The notes: generated by a model from the letters alone, not told the origin. A stretch of DNA of 64,000 nt from Minisyncoccota bacterium (GCA_041675085.1 JBAYUN010000003.1:28798-92797); one strand, 5' to 3'; numbered from the stretch's first letter, positions 1-10,676 are shown. A program made the numbers and translations.

Positions 1-343
1 ATAACGAATAGTGAATATTTACTGAGCCAAGAGTTGGCATATTTATTATTTCTTCTTTAAGTATTTTACCGTATGCAACTACGATAAATAGCGTAGCTTC
101 TATTTGGCGTAATTTTTGAATTACTTCTTCATCAAATTTCTCAGGCTGTATGTATTCTGTATTATTCTCTATTGCCCAGACTTTTGCGGGTGGAGGAGTT
201 AGTAGCATTTTTCGCCCCTGCGGTTTATCTGTAGCAGTGACTATCAGAGAAGGTAAAAATCCTGATTCTTTGAGAATTTCTAGAGTTTTACTAGCTACAT
301 CAGGTGTACCAAAAAATACAAATTTAAAATTTTTATCTTGCAT
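1..343 (-). CDS. fmt: methionyl-tRNA formyltransferase (5' part; runs off window)
   Basis: Manual translation from ATG at 343: MQDKNFKFVFFGTPDVA...DKPQGRKMLLTPPPAK...VVAYGKIL...NIHYSL, which are the Fmt motifs. Lies directly downstream of def. Confidence 0.95.
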   Translation of the reverse strand, partial: MQDKNFKFVFFGTPDVASKTLEILKESGFLPSLIVTATDKPQGRKMLLTPPPAKVWAIENNTEYIQPEKFDEEVIQKLRQIEATLFIVVAYGKILKEEIINMPTLGSVNIHYSL

Positions 344-355
344 GTTTATTCTTAA

Positions 356-889
356 TTAAGGCAAATCTTCTATACGCAATTCTTTTGCATGGTCTATAAA
401 AAGGATACCGTTTAGGTGATCTGTCTCATGTTGGAATATTTGCGCTAAAAGCCCACTCCCACCACGACTGAATTTATTGCCTTCTTCGTCATAGGCTTCG
501 ACTGTAGCTTTTTTGGCTCTGTATGTCTTGCCATATACTGGACGAACAGAGAGACATCCTTCGGGTACCCAATCTTTTTCTTTTGATAGTTTGGTTATAA
601 CTGGATTAATAAACACTAAATTCTTTACATGTTCTGTATTTTCCGTCTTCTTGCCTCTAATAAAACTCTTTTCAAAAATTTTACCTGACACTAAAAAAAT
701 ACGATAAGAATATCCTATCTGAGGTGCAGCAATAGCTACGCCATCGTATTGGCTGTCTAAAGCTTCCGACATATCTTTTAGCATTTTTACGACTTTAGGA
801 GTCTTAATGTTTTTAAGGTCGACTTCTTTGGCAATTTCTCTCAAGACAGGTTCTTCACTTTGTAAAATAGTTTTTACTTTACTTTTCAT
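356..889 (-). CDS. def: peptide deformylase
   Basis: GVAIAAPQIG, EGCLS and QHETDHLNG motifs. Confidence 0.97.
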   Translation of the reverse strand: MKSKVKTILQSEEPVLREIAKEVDLKNIKTPKVVKMLKDMSEALDSQYDGVAIAAPQIGYSYRIFLVSGKIFEKSFIRGKKTENTEHVKNLVFINPVITKLSKEKDWVPEGCLSVRPVYGKTYRAKKATVEAYDEEGNKFSRGGSGLLAQIFQHETDHLNGILFIDHAKELRIEDLP

Positions 890-900
890 GGCTTGTTATG

Positions 901-2196
901 TTATTTGATTTCTTTTAAGTATTCTAACAATTTACTGATTTTAACTGTATTTTGAGATCTATTAGACATGTCGCGTACAATCACAGAATCTTCTATTGCT
1001 TCTTTTACTCCAAAGATGATAGCGTAGGGGATATTGAGTCTCTCTGCTACAGCTAATTGAGATCCTAGAGAATCTTTAGACAAAGATTGCATTATCGGTA
1101 TATGAGCTTTTCTTAAGATTTCGATAATATTTAGACTTTTTAGTTTTGCTTCTCCACCTAGTTGGATAAAATATATTTTTGGTTTTTTGATAATACGAGG
1201 AGAAAGTTTTTTGTACCAAGTAGATCCGACTACGCGATCAACTCCAATAGAGAATCCTACAGCAGGTACATCTTTTTTGCTACCGATTTGTTTAGCTAAA
1301 TAATCATATCTGCCACCTGAAGCGATAGCCATAGTAGTGCCGTCTTCTTCATTCGTCTCTATAACTTCAAAAACTGTACGAGTATAATAAGACAAGCCTC
1401 TAACTAGATTTTTGTTGATATTATAATTAATACCCATTTCTTCCAAATATTCTAAAACTTCTTTGAAATGCTTTTTACAAGTAGGGCATAGGAAAGATAT
1501 TGCGTCTGGTGCGCCTTCATTTATCTCTTTGGTTTTTGCTTCTTTAGAGTCTAGTATACGAAGAGGGTTAGTCTTTAATCTCTCTTTGTCTATTGTTGGT
1601 AAACCTGATAAATTCTTTTTATAGTAATTTACCAATTCTTTTATATAACTATTACGACATTCTTTGTCTCCTATAGAATTGATATCTACCGATAGATTAT
1701 GAGCTCCGGCTTCTTCTAAAATGCTCATACCTACTTTGATAACCAAAGCGTCCATGATACTTTTTTCGCTACCTAGAGAGTCTATGTCGAATTGATAAAA
1801 TTGTCGGTAACGTCCTTTTTGAGGATTGTCATGTCTGAAAACCGGTCCGTATTGATAGAACATTACAGGCTGAGGCATAGTCTGCATTCCATGCTCGATA
1901 TAAGCACGCATTAAAGGTGCAGTATGTTCAGGGCGAAGAGCGAGTTGATCTCCACCTTTAGTTTTTAGAGAATACATTTCTTTGTCTATTATATCTGTAC
2001 CTTCTCCGATACCTGTAGTAAAAATACTTTCTTGTTCTAGTATTGGAGTTTCTATCGGTTTGAAACCATAGTATACAGCTACTTCTTGAGCTTTTTCAAA
2101 GAAGCCTTGGAAGCTGTAATATTCTTCGTTCATAATATCTCTCATTCCTTTTGGAGATGCTATTTCTTTTGGAGTTGTTTTCTTTGCGTTTTTCAT
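901..2196 (-). CDS. hisS: histidine--tRNA ligase
   Basis: PKGMRD, LRPEHTA, FRHDNPQKGRYRQFYQ, LVRGLSYY and GGRYD motifs. Start moved to the ATG at 2196. Confidence 0.97.
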   Translation of the reverse strand: MKNAKKTTPKEIASPKGMRDIMNEEYYSFQGFFEKAQEVAVYYGFKPIETPILEQESIFTTGIGEGTDIIDKEMYSLKTKGGDQLALRPEHTAPLMRAYIEHGMQTMPQPVMFYQYGPVFRHDNPQKGRYRQFYQFDIDSLGSEKSIMDALVIKVGMSILEEAGAHNLSVDINSIGDKECRNSYIKELVNYYKKNLSGLPTIDKERLKTNPLRILDSKEAKTKEINEGAPDAISFLCPTCKKHFKEVLEYLEEMGINYNINKNLVRGLSYYTRTVFEVIETNEEDGTTMAIASGGRYDYLAKQIGSKKDVPAVGFSIGVDRVVGSTWYKKLSPRIIKKPKIYFIQLGGEAKLKSLNIIEILRKAHIPIMQSLSKDSLGSQLAVAERLNIPYAIIFGVKEAIEDSVIVRDMSNRSQNTVKISKLLEYLKEIK

Positions 2197-2200
2197 TTTT

Positions 2201-2752
2201 TTATTTAAAATCACCTGGTTTATAATTGATATGATTGATAGGGAATAGTCTCAGGAATGCTTGGCCTATTATTAAATCTTTCGGTACCGCGCCCCAATAT
2301 CTCGAATCCGAACTTGCATTACGATTGTCTCCCATAACAAAGTATTCGTCCGCTTTGAGTTCAAAAAAAGTTGCGCCGTCGGCTATCTGACTTTTAATGA
2401 AAGGTTCTGAGAGAGTTATCTCATTGCCGTCTTTTTGGATTATCTTTATGACATCTTTCTGAATACTGACTGTTTCATTTGGTAATCCTATAACTCTTTT
2501 GATAAAGAATTTAGATGGGTCTTCGGGGTATCTAAATATAACGACATCATTTCTCTCTACTTCACTCACTCTATATGATATTTCGTCGACTATTAGATAG
2601 TCGCCATTCTCAAATGTAGGGTACATAGATGAGCCCGATACAATGAAAGGCTGAGCTACGAAAACTCTAATCGGAATAACAATAATAATTGAGAGAATAA
2701 TAAATTTTATTGTCTCCCAAAACGCATTCTTTTTAATTTTTTCTTCTTCCAT
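2201..2752 (-). CDS. lepB: signal peptidase I
   Basis: SGSSMYPT, FIKRVIG and GDNRNASSDSR motifs. Start moved to the ATG at 2752, 6 nt after TGcTACAAT. Confidence 0.95.
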   Translation of the reverse strand: MEEEKIKKNAFWETIKFIILSIIIVIPIRVFVAQPFIVSGSSMYPTFENGDYLIVDEISYRVSEVERNDVVIFRYPEDPSKFFIKRVIGLPNETVSIQKDVIKIIQKDGNEITLSEPFIKSQIADGATFFELKADEYFVMGDNRNASSDSRYWGAVPKDLIIGQAFLRLFPINHINYKPGDFK

Positions 2753-2848
2753 GTAGCAATTGTAGCACAAAATAAACTTGACTGAATAGACAAACACATT
2801 GTGCAATATAATTTACTTTAATATTTTAAATGTTATTATTAAAAACAA

Positions 2849-3379
2849 ATGAGTATTATATTTGGATTGGGAAATATCGGTGAAGAATATAAAAACACAC
2901 GTCACAATGCGGGTGTGATAATTTCTAATTTAGTAGAGAAGAAACTAGGAGATGATAAGAAATACAAATTTGTAGAGATAGATAACTTTATGAATAATTC
3001 AGGCAAGACCATCTCGTACTATATTAAAAATCAAAAAGATTTGTCTAAGCTTGTAGTTATCTATGATGATATTGATTTACCATTAGGTAAAATTAAAATA
3101 TCTTTCAAACGCTCCAGTGGTGGGCACAATGGCGTTGGTAATATCATTAAAGTTTTAAAGAGTGAAGAATTCTTGCGTATTCGTATCGGGATCTGCCCAA
3201 CAACTCCGACAGGCAAAAACAAGAAACCAAAAGGGGAGGATAAAATCTTAAAATTCCTCCTTGGTGAATTCAAAAAAGAAGAATTAGATGTACTAAAAAA
3301 AGTAGCTAAAAAAGTAACTGAAGCAATAGAAGTAATAGAAAAAGAAACCTACCAAAAGGCTATGACTTTGTATAATTAA
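2849..3379 (+). CDS. pth: peptidyl-tRNA hydrolase
   Basis: GLGN..Y..TRHNAG, FMNNSG, YDDIDLPLG and GGHNG motifs. Confidence 0.95.
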   Translation: MSIIFGLGNIGEEYKNTRHNAGVIISNLVEKKLGDDKKYKFVEIDNFMNNSGKTISYYIKNQKDLSKLVVIYDDIDLPLGKIKISFKRSSGGHNGVGNIIKVLKSEEFLRIRIGICPTTPTGKNKKPKGEDKILKFLLGEFKKEELDVLKKVAKKVTEAIEVIEKETYQKAMTLYN

Positions 3380-3381
3380 GC

Positions 3382-3410
3382 TTGACTTTTTAGTAAAAGT
3401 ATGCTATATT
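3382..3410 (+). promoter_or_regulatory. sigma70-type promoter of the ORFan at 3523
   Basis: TTGACT-17nt-TATATT with extended TG, followed by GTATTTTGATCTTTTAAAAAG. Confidence 0.6.
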
Positions 3411-3522
3411 ATAGCTGTATTTTGATCTTTTAAAAAGAGAATTTTGAAGGTTGGTAATAGCTTGTAGCTAATTATTTTTTTGGCTTTAAACTATTACTTA
3501 ACCATTTAAAAATTTTTACATA

Positions 3523-3873
3523 ATGAAAGCAGGATATTTCTTTTTGAAAGATTCAAGAAATGGAAAAAATATTTCCATAGTACTTTTTCACAAATTAAAT
3601 AAAAAATTAAACGTGTTCCATGCTATAAATATAGCAAATAGTTTTTTGCCAATGAAACAATATTCCCTAAAATCATTGGGGAAAAAAGCTACAAAAAAAC
3701 AAGTTAAAGATTTTATGAGTGTAGAGTTGTATTATACATATCATCCAGAAGAATTCTATAATCTAGTGAATCATTGCAAATTCCATTGTAATAGAACAAC
3801 AAAAACACGCTATTTAGCGTTAATGGATTTTGTTGGTTTACCAAAAAAAAGATTTTCTCGTTTTGAAAATTAA
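3523..3873 (+). CDS. hypothetical protein (stand-alone ORFan)
   Basis: 116-aa ORF with its own promoter and terminator; no recognised motif. Confidence 0.55.
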   Translation: MKAGYFFLKDSRNGKNISIVLFHKLNKKLNVFHAINIANSFLPMKQYSLKSLGKKATKKQVKDFMSVELYYTYHPEEFYNLVNHCKFHCNRTTKTRYLALMDFVGLPKKRFSRFEN

Positions 3874-3915
3874 ATGATTTTCTGAGACGGGAATACTGTA
3901 TTAGATTAGTAATAC

Positions 3916-3952
3916 AAAAGCTTGAAAGGGATTTAACCTTCAAGCTTTTTTT
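3916..3952 (+). terminator. intrinsic terminator
   Basis: AAAAGCTTGAA..TTCAAGCTTTT hairpin plus T-tract. Confidence 0.75.
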
Positions 3953-3988
3953 ATTTCCTATTTTTATATTTCTTTAACTGCTTCGATT
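3946..3988. repeat. direct repeat of the dnaE 3' end (second copy at 4602-4638)
   Basis: ATTTCTTTAACTGCTTCGATT is identical at 3968-3988 and 4618-4638. Both copies are preceded by TTTTTTTATTTCCTA. Confidence 0.85.
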
Positions 3989-4007
3989 GGGAAGGTCAGA
4001 CTTTCCA
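3989..4007. repeat. degenerate REP-like palindrome
   Basis: GGAAGG-TCAGA-CTTTCC: same stem/5-nt-loop plan as the RAYT-flanking and leuS palindromes. Confidence 0.5.
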
Positions 4008-4099
4008 TGTTTGACAATATCTTTTTAATTTTACAAAGTAGACAACTTGTGTTAAGGTAAATTTGAGATTAAATTGTTCAATTTTTAAAATATAATAGT

Positions 4100-4558
4100 A
4101 TGTCACTAATAATATGTGGTACAAAAGATATAATTTCGATTCCTGTACCAAAAGAAATTTCTTGTCCTCTAACTGTATTACTAGAGTTGCAAAAAATATT
4201 TAATACTGAAGTACTGGGTATTACTTATGGAAAGAATAGTCCTTTTCTTCTCAAAGATCATAACTTATTTTGCATAACAACAAACAATAAAGGTTTATTT
4301 GATTTATGCGTAAAGAACGGAACCTTGTCTTTCTATGAACAAGAGCATAGCAGGCCTACGCATGTTGACCTTTCTGCTTTAGACGTATCTACAGTTCTTC
4401 TAAATTTCTTTAGTGCTTTAAAAAAAGTACTATATTCTGAAATAAGAATCGAATTACATAGCACAGACGCTACAAGAACTTTTTCTTATAGATTGTCGAT
4501 TAAAGAGGACGTATTGTTAAGAGAAAGTCTGGATTTTAAGAGATCTTCTGATTTCTGA
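4100..4558 (+). CDS. hypothetical protein (stand-alone ORFan)
   Basis: 152-aa ORF. TTTACA-17-TAAGGT upstream (4030-4058) and a terminator at 4572-4608. Confidence 0.6.
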   Translation: MSLIICGTKDIISIPVPKEISCPLTVLLELQKIFNTEVLGITYGKNSPFLLKDHNLFCITTNNKGLFDLCVKNGTLSFYEQEHSRPTHVDLSALDVSTVLLNFFSALKKVLYSEIRIELHSTDATRTFSYRLSIKEDVLLRESLDFKRSSDF

Positions 4559-4571
4559 AAGATTAATTTAC

Positions 4572-4608
4572 AAAAGTACACTTTATAAAGTTAGAGTGTA
4601 TTTTTTTT
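4572..4608 (+). terminator. intrinsic terminator (likely bidirectional)
   Basis: AAAAGTACACTTTA..TAGAGTGTATTTTTTTT between convergent genes. Confidence 0.65.
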
Positions 4609-4613
4609 ATTTC

Positions 4614-7600
4614 CTAAATTTCTTTAACTGCTTCGATTAGTATGGTCTTAGTGTCTTGTCTTATTGAGACTTTGCCAGTGAAGGCTATGCATTTTTCTGT
4701 TTGGAGTATGGCTTCTGAAGTTTTATAAATACTTGGGAACGCTACGACTTCTATACTTCCAGTAAAATCAGCCACTCTCAAGAACGCCATCTTTTCATTT
4801 TTCTTAGTTATGATTTCTTTTGTATTTTCTATAATTCCAGCTAGAGTGACAACGTTGCCCTCTTTACCTTTTTCTAAAATTTTAGCGATATTGATTTCTC
4901 TTTTTTCTAATTTATCTCTAACTCTATCGAGTGGATGACCTGAGATATAGAGTCCGAGTAATTCTTTTTCCCAAAGTAATTTCTCGTTCTTATTCGCTAG
5001 TGGAGCATCAGTGAGTTTGAATTCTGGAGCTTTTATCTCAGATAATCCTCCAAACAGGGAAATCTGATTTGCGTTTTGTTTGCTACCTTCTTTGTTGTAG
5101 AGGAGCATGTCTTCTAGGTTTGCTAGCAATACTCCACGATCAGCCCACTGGTCCATGCTTCCAGATTTGATTAGAGCTTCCATGGATTTTTTATTTAAAT
5201 TTTTATGTTTAATTCTATCTAGAAAGTCGCCAATAGATTTGAATTTGCCATTATTTTTTCTCTCAGATATTATAGCTTCTCCGATATCGGCTCCAAAGTT
5301 TTTAATAGTATAGAGTCCAAAACGTATCGTCTCTTGGTTAACACAAGTAAAACCTTTAAAGCTTTCATTAATATTTGGAGGCAAGACTTTGATTTTCATT
5401 TTCTCACACTCACTAACTATTTCAGAAATTTTTTCTACGTCTCCGGATTCAGCTGTGAGTACAGCGGACATGTATTCTACCGGGTAATTCGCCTTCATAT
5501 AAGCGGTCTGATATGCGACGCGTCCATATGATGCTGAGTGAGCTTTGTTGAAACCGTAGGCTGCGAAAGGTTCTATCTGACTCCAGAGTTCTTGTGCTTT
5601 TTTCAAAGGCCATTTAGAGTGCTCAACACAACCAGTGATAAAATGTTCTTTTTGTTTTTCCATTTCTTCTGGGATTTTCTTACCCACAGCTTTACGGAAT
5701 TTGTCAGCTTCTCCCCAAGAGTATCCTGCAATATCAATAGCTATCATCAAAAGGTCGTCTTGATATACAAGCACTCCATAAGTTTGCTTTAGTATTGGTT
5801 CAAGCATTGGATCCATGTATTTCACTAGACTTGGGTTGTGTTTGCGTTCGATATAAAGAGGGATGAATTGTATCGGACCGGGACGGTATAGAGCGACCAT
5901 AGCGTTGATATCGTGAATAGAAGTAGGTTTCAATTGTTTTAAATATTGAGTCATACCTCCACCGTTGAGTTGGAATAATCCCATAGTTTCTCCACGCGCG
6001 AGAAGCTCGAAAGTTTTTTTGTCTGCTACGTCAACGTTCTCGATATCTACTTCAATGTTGTGAATTTTCTTTACTATTTTCACAGCGTCAGCAAGGATAG
6101 AGAGGTTACGAATACCCAAGAAGTCGAATTTAGGAAGACCAACGTCTTCTATCTGATACATGTCGTATTGAGTTATGACATCGCCACCTTTCGGATCGTA
6201 TTGTACTGGAGTGAATTCGTACAAGGGCTTCGGAGCGATGACGATACCGGCCGCATGCACCGATACGTGACGGACACAACCTTCCATCTTTTTCGCCAGG
6301 TCGATAATCTCACGAGTAATTTCTTCTTTTTCATATGCTTCTTTGAGTTCGGGAACTAATTTAAAAGCATGCTTGATAGTCATCGGCATACCTTGAGAAC
6401 CCATAGGTATCATACTCGAAATGCGGTCACCAACAGAGTATTCATGACCCAAGGCGCGAGCTACGTCGCGCACCGAACCTTTAGCCATCATGGTTCCAAA
6501 AGTTCCTATTTGAGCTACACGATCTTTGCCGTATTTTTGTTTGGTATATTCTATCATCTCGGCGCGTCTGTTGTCGGCAAAGTCCATATCGATATCGGGC
6601 AGCGACGGACGTTCGGGATTTAGGAATCTTTCGAAAGGTAATTTGTAAGTTAACGGGTCGACGTTGGTAATACCGAGGAGGTATGTAGTCAGAGAGCCGG
6701 CGACTGATCCTCTGATGTTTGTTAGGATACTATTCTCACGAGCATAACGAAGCAAATCTCCCACAACTAGGAAATAAGTCGAATAACCTTTTTGTTTAAT
6801 GATACCGAGTTCGTATTCGAGTCTATCGACGTAGTCTTTAGTTTGTTCTAGCTTACGGAAAGGGAATCCAGCATAAGCGAGTTCTTTTAATACTATATTT
6901 GGGTCACGGTCACCTTCGATTTTGAATTCTGGGAAATACGGCACCCCGAGTTCTATCTCGTAGTCTTCACACATATCGGCTACTATTTTTGTATTACTGA
7001 CCGCCTCCGGAGCGTCTTTAAAGTATTGAAAAGCAGTCTTGGTATCGATAAAAGAAAAGTCATCATCTGAGAATTCAAATTTACCTTTTTCTTTTCCGTC
7101 GGAACCGGTATTAACTTGGAGCAAAGTGTGGTGAGCTTTATGATCGTCACGACAAGGATAATGAGAGTCTTGAGTTGCGACTACTCGCAATCCAAAACGA
7201 GTAGCGAGCGCCAATAGCTTTTCTCTGAGCTCTGCGTCACGTTCGATATGAGGGTGAGATTGAATCTCTAGAAAATAATTTTCCTTACCAAAAATATCAA
7301 TATGAGTATTTATTATCTCTTCTACTTTTTCATGATTCTCAGCCAAGATAGCGCGTGAGAGTTTGCCTCCCATACAACCCGAAAGACAGATAATACCTTC
7401 AGCGTGTTTTTTAACTAATTCTTCATCGACGCGAGGTTTATAATAATATCCGTCGAGGTTAGCCGTCGTCACTATCTGCATTAAATTTTTGTAACCTTTT
7501 AAGTTTTTGGCTAGCAGTATTAGGTGATATCTTTTGTTATCTATACCAGGAGATTTGTCGGTAAGTTTTCTCTCGGCGACGTAGACTTCACAACCGATGA

Positions 7601-7799
7601 TAGGCTTGATACCTTCTTTTTTACATTCTTTATAAAACTCAATAGCGCCGTACATATTGCCGTGATCGGTCAGAGCTACAGCAGGCATTTTGAATTTCTT
7701 GGCTAAAGCTACAATATCCTCCACCTTAGAAAGTCCGTCGAGTAGGGAATAATGAGAGTGAGTATGCAAATGTATGAATTCTTTTGTAACTTTTGTCAT
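4614..7799 (-). CDS. dnaE: DNA polymerase III alpha subunit
   Basis: PHP domain ([13 protein letters not shown]), [22 protein letters not shown] motifs and a C-terminal OB fold. Confidence 0.98.
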   Translation of the reverse strand: MTKVTKEFIHLHTHSHYSLLDGLSKVEDIVALAKKFKMPAVALTDHGNMYGAIEFYKECKKEGIKPIIGCEVYVAERKLTDKSPGIDNKRYHLILLAKNLKGYKNLMQIVTTANLDGYYYKPRVDEELVKKHAEGIICLSGCMGGKLSRAILAENHEKVEEIINTHIDIFGKENYFLEIQSHPHIERDAELREKLLALATRFGLRVVATQDSHYPCRDDHKAHHTLLQVNTGSDGKEKGKFEFSDDDFSFIDTKTAFQYFKDAPEAVSNTKIVADMCEDYEIELGVPYFPEFKIEGDRDPNIVLKELAYAGFPFRKLEQTKDYVDRLEYELGIIKQKGYSTYFLVVGDLLRYARENSILTNIRGSVAGSLTTYLLGITNVDPLTYKLPFERFLNPERPSLPDIDMDFADNRRAEMIEYTKQKYGKDRVAQIGTFGTMMAKGSVRDVARALGHEYSVGDRISSMIPMGSQGMPMTIKHAFKLVPELKEAYEKEEITREIIDLAKKMEGCVRHVSVHAAGIVIAPKPLYEFTPVQYDPKGGDVITQYDMYQIEDVGLPKFDFLGIRNLSILADAVKIVKKIHNIEVDIENVDVADKKTFELLARGETMGLFQLNGGGMTQYLKQLKPTSIHDINAMVALYRPGPIQFIPLYIERKHNPSLVKYMDPMLEPILKQTYGVLVYQDDLLMIAIDIAGYSWGEADKFRKAVGKKIPEEMEKQKEHFITGCVEHSKWPLKKAQELWSQIEPFAAYGFNKAHSASYGRVAYQTAYMKANYPVEYMSAVLTAESGDVEKISEIVSECEKMKIKVLPPNINESFKGFTCVNQETIRFGLYTIKNFGADIGEAIISERKNNGKFKSIGDFLDRIKHKNLNKKSMEALIKSGSMDQWADRGVLLANLEDMLLYNKEGSKQNANQISLFGGLSEIKAPEFKLTDAPLANKNEKLLWEKELLGLYISGHPLDRVRDKLEKREINIAKILEKGKEGNVVTLAGIIENTKEIITKKNEKMAFLRVADFTGSIEVVAFPSIYKTSEAILQTEKCIAFTGKVSIRQDTKTILIEAVKEI

Positions 7800-7854
7800 T
7801 TTTTCTATAATAGCATATTTAGAGATTATTTTTATTGTGTTTAGTTTTTTGTGG

Positions 7855-7885
7855 AAATTGGCGGAGGTAACGCCTCCGCCAATTT
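7855..7885. repeat. REP-like palindrome downstream of RAYT
   Basis: AAATTGGCGGAGG-TAACG-CCTCCGCCAATTT, a perfect 13-bp stem. Confidence 0.85.
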
Positions 7886-7902
7886 GGTTCTTATGTTCTT
7901 AG

Positions 7903-8541
7903 TTAATTTTCTAACCTAAAATTAAGCCAACCAAAAAGCTCTTTTTTGTGATCATTTATTTTTATAAAATAATCTGGAAAAACTTCTGGATTTATTGTCG
8001 TAAATGAATTTTCAGAGTATTCCTTTATGCTTGAATATTTATAACTAAAAACATAGTCTAATAATTTTATTGAATTTCTGGTCCTATTCTCTTTCCAATT
8101 CTTGTCTATTAGTTTAGCAGGGTTTAAATGAACGTATGAATAAATATATTTTAAATAATTATCTGTATTTAAATGAGTTGATTTGAATACACCTTCATAT
8201 AATTTACCAGTTCTTTTGTATTTTTTGTTAAAATACATAGTATAGGCAGTCATTAATTTAAGCATATATTTAGAAATGCCACCTTCTGTATTTTCAGTGA
8301 TTAAAATATGAAAATGATTTGGCATTAAAACATAAGCACCTATATTTACCAATAATTCTATTCTATCAAATTTCTCATTTATTTTTCTCAGTTCAAGGCT
8401 TTTTGTTGTGTTGCAAACATACATTAAATACAAAAAGTGGTTATAATCTTTTTCATCTAAAAATATTTCTCTTTTTTCTGTACCTCTATTATATAAATGA
8501 TAAAATTCACCATGTGCAAAATTTTGTTTTCTGTAACTCAT
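7903..8541 (-). mobile_element. REP-associated tyrosine transposase (RAYT, Y1/HUH family)
   Basis: YHLYNRG, YVLMPNHFH (HUH), YFNKKY.R.G.L and YVHLNP motifs. Flanked on both sides by GGCGGAGG-N5-CCTCCGCC palindromes. Confidence 0.88.
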
Positions 8542-8561
8542 ATCTATATTTTACTAAAAGA

Positions 8562-8590
8562 TTAGGGCGGAGGCAACGCCTCCGCCCTAA
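8562..8590. repeat. REP-like palindrome upstream of RAYT
   Basis: TTAGGGCGGAGG-CAACG-CCTCCGCCCTAA, a perfect 12-bp stem; core differs by 1 nt from the 7855 copy. Confidence 0.85.
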
Positions 8591-8670
8591 CAGTTTTGCT
8601 TTGTTTAGTTTTTCGTGTTATTATGATTCTTGAATAAGTTTTGTTTCTTCACAATTTAAATTACCATATT

Positions 8671-9435
8671 ATGGATAATAATAAAAAAACCTTAATAAGT
8701 CTTTTTAGAATAACTTTATTTCTAACATTAATACATGGATTTTATTTGTTTTATACATATGGAACAGACATGTTCTATATGTATTATCCAAATAAATTTG
8801 TATTTTTCCAACAAGACCAATTACTTTTATTCTCGTCTATGATACCTAAAGAAATAACACTATCATTTACCTTACCTAAGGTGATTGATATTTTATTTGT
8901 ACCATTATTGTTTTTTGCTTATTTTCTTGTTGTCATAGACCATTCTGAGCCAGAATATAATCAAATGCATTATGATCCTAAAGAAATGGATGATGATAAT
9001 TTCATGTCTTTAATTGTCGTTATCGTGACATTAGGTATTTTCTTTGTTTGTTATGGAATTGCTATTAATTTATATGCTCACATGAGGCTAGAACACTATT
9101 TGGACATATATATATTTTCCATATATCTGGTGCCTGTTTTGTTTTGTGAATTTTATAAACTTGCTGTAGGTCAAGTAATTTTCACCTCAGAACAAGAAAA
9201 TACTGCTGGCCTTGTGGTTGTAACACCTATTATCTCTTTATTATTCATTAATTTTGTTAATAATAATGATGGTAATTCTATTACACTTTCATTATTAGCA
9301 TCATTAGTAATTGTTTTTCCTTTACTAGAATTTCTTACTTTTGTTGCATCTCAAAAAAGTACTATTGTTTTTTTAGCAAAAAAAATAATGCTACTTTTTA
9401 CCAATTTTGGTAAATGGCTGTTATTCGTTAAATAA
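8671..9435 (+). CDS. hypothetical multi-pass membrane protein (ORFan)
   Basis: Several hydrophobic segments. Promoter TTGCTT-17-TATTAT at 8596-8624; first ATG at 8671. Confidence 0.6.
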   Translation: MDNNKKTLISLFRITLFLTLIHGFYLFYTYGTDMFYMYYPNKFVFFQQDQLLLFSSMIPKEITLSFTLPKVIDILFVPLLFFAYFLVVIDHSEPEYNQMHYDPKEMDDDNFMSLIVVIVTLGIFFVCYGIAINLYAHMRLEHYLDIYIFSIYLVPVLFCEFYKLAVGQVIFTSEQENTAGLVVVTPIISLLFINFVNNNDGNSITLSLLASLVIVFPLLEFLTFVASQKSTIVFLAKKIMLLFTNFGKWLLFVK

Positions 9436-9451
9436 TAAACAAAATTATTAT

Positions 9452-9481
9452 AAGACAAGCTTCGCGAAGTTTGTCTTTTTT
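9452..9481 (+). terminator. intrinsic terminator
   Basis: AAGACAAGCTTC-GC-GAAGTTTGTCTT plus T-tract. Confidence 0.75.
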
Positions 9482-9631
9482 ATTTTGTCTAAAAGGCATA
9501 AAGAGGTTATAATATAACTATTAAAATTTAGTCGGTAAAAAGGAAAACACCCCCGCAAGAATTTTCAAAAGAAAACTTAAGGGTAACTGTGTTTTTTGTA
9601 AAAAAATTATAAGTTAAATAAATAAAATATT

Positions 9632-10675
9632 ATGAGTGAAAATTCAAACGGGGCAAGAAAAATCAGAGTAGCTATTAATGGATTTGGTCGTATTGGTAGA
9701 GCCTTTTTAAAAATTGCTTGGGAGCGTCCTGAGATAGAGATAGTCGCCGTGAATGACTTGGGTTCTATTGAGTCTTTAGCATATCTTTTGAAATACGATA
9801 CTGTTTATCGTAAATGGATTCATGACGTCGTTGTCGACGGTACAGACCTGCTCGCAGACGGCAAGAGGATTAAATTTATCTCAGAGCGCGATACTACTAA
9901 ACTTCCTTGGAAAGAATTAAATGTAGACGTGGTTGTAGAATCAACTGGACTTTTTACTGCTTATGAAAAAGCAAAGTTTCACCTAGATCAAGGTGCGAAG
10001 AAAGTCGTTATCTCTGCTCCTAGTAAAGGCGACGGATCTTTCCCAGGAGAGACTATCTTACTCGGAGTCAACGAAGATAAATTTGGAACTTGCGATATTA
10101 CTTCTAATGCTTCTTGTACTACCAACGCTGCTAGTCCACTTATCGGAATTTTAAACGAAGCTCTAGGTGTAGAGAAAGCAATACTAAATACTGTGCACGG
10201 ATATACTGCTAGTCAGTCTCTAGTCGACGGTCCAAGTAAAAAAGATTTGCGTGAAGGTCGCGCTGCAGCGCAAAATATCGTGCCTTCTTCTACAGGTGCG
10301 GCTATTGCTGTGACGAAAGCATATCCTGAACTCGAAGGATTATTCGATGGTATTTCTATCCGCGTACCTGTACCAGCGGGATCTATAGTCGACGTGACTT
10401 TTATTTCTAAGAAAAATACTACTATGGAAGAAGTAAATGAAATCTTAAAGAAAGCCTCAAATGACCCACGTTGGAGTAAAGTTTTTGCAGTAACAGAAGA
10501 GCCGTTAGTCTCTAGTGATATTTTAGCGAATTCTCATGCATCTATTGCTGACCTTGCTATGACTCGTGTAGTAGGAGGCAACTTGGTAAAAGTTATGGGC
10601 TGGTATGATAATGAATATGGATATACTTATACTTTAGTTGAACATGTTATTAAGACAGGAGGAACGATTAAGTAA
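9632..10675 (+). CDS. gap: type I glyceraldehyde-3-phosphate dehydrogenase
   Basis: INGFGRIGR, SNASCTTN and WYDNEYGY motifs. Confidence 0.98.
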   Translation: MSENSNGARKIRVAINGFGRIGRAFLKIAWERPEIEIVAVNDLGSIESLAYLLKYDTVYRKWIHDVVVDGTDLLADGKRIKFISERDTTKLPWKELNVDVVVESTGLFTAYEKAKFHLDQGAKKVVISAPSKGDGSFPGETILLGVNEDKFGTCDITSNASCTTNAASPLIGILNEALGVEKAILNTVHGYTASQSLVDGPSKKDLREGRAAAQNIVPSSTGAAIAVTKAYPELEGLFDGISIRVPVPAGSIVDVTFISKKNTTMEEVNEILKKASNDPRWSKVFAVTEEPLVSSDILANSHASIADLAMTRVVGGNLVKVMGWYDNEYGYTYTLVEHVIKTGGTIK

Positions 10676-10676
10676 T

